From: Azolla caroliniana
Lineage: Eukaryota; Plantae; Polypodiophyta
Direction of reading: 5' to 3'
Assembly: GCA_043228905.1 (NCBI GenBank)
Contig: JBHGNT010000012.1
Coordinates: 13,020,001-13,084,000 of the forward strand
DNA: 64,000 bases
The notes beneath the pieces were generated by a model that saw nothing but the letters and a program-made list of their open reading frames with translations, had not been told where the DNA came from and ran no database searches. This document shows, piece after piece, positions 63,712 through 64,000 of this stretch. The stretch's first letter is position 1; each line of letters begins with the position of its first letter. The translations under genes and the position numbers were made by a program.

Positions 63712-64000
63712 TTAAGCATTGACCTCGGCCTGAAGCTTCTTTGCGAGTAGTTCATAGGTGGCTTGAGTGTTCTTTGTGTCCGCGGTTACGAGCTGGATAG
63801 ACTGCTCGTAATGCTTGGTGAGCTCTTCGGTAGCTTTCTCCCATTCTTTTTGACACGCGGCCCAGACTTGTTCCCGTTCGACGATTCTCTCTTCTTGGAG
63901 GGTGAAGTAGGAATCAGATAATTCGTCTTTTTGCTCCGAAAGTAGCTTGCATTTGATGAAAAACTCGTCAGCCATTTCTTTAAGGGTCGTACGTTGACTG
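63712..64000 (-). other. C-terminal coiled-coil ORF fragment, probably TE-derived
   Basis: E/K/Q-rich helical ORF running towards the window edge; no recognisable motif. Confidence 0.3.

Overview
A plant-type, TE-dominated window of nested insertions. The mix of Tcn1-like gypsy, RTE-X-like LINE and Sola1-like DNA transposon suggests a seed-free land plant (inference). Contents: six partial or deleted copies of one chromovirus (gypsy) family; a full-length copia with TSD, a partial copia and two copia solo LTRs; two Tcn1-like gypsy pieces; a full-length non-chromovirus gypsy carrying an extra ORF, plus relatives; a 5'-truncated LINE; and a disrupted tandem array of a secreted R/E/D-rich protein gene with an RY/ABRE promoter. 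Main finding 1: a Sola1-like DDD transposase (reconstructed across a 9.4-kb retro-insertion) lies head-to-head with a spliced gene encoding a ParB-like domain plus a bacterial-type beta-class N6A/N4C DNA methyltransferase, with two 41-bp palindromes between them. Main finding 2: the non-chromovirus gypsy lineage has no polypurine tract and instead carries a tRNA-3'-end-like motif (an inverted PBS) 2 nt before the 3' LTR, seen in four full instances and one partial. All family assignments come from motif recognition by eye; no database searches were run.
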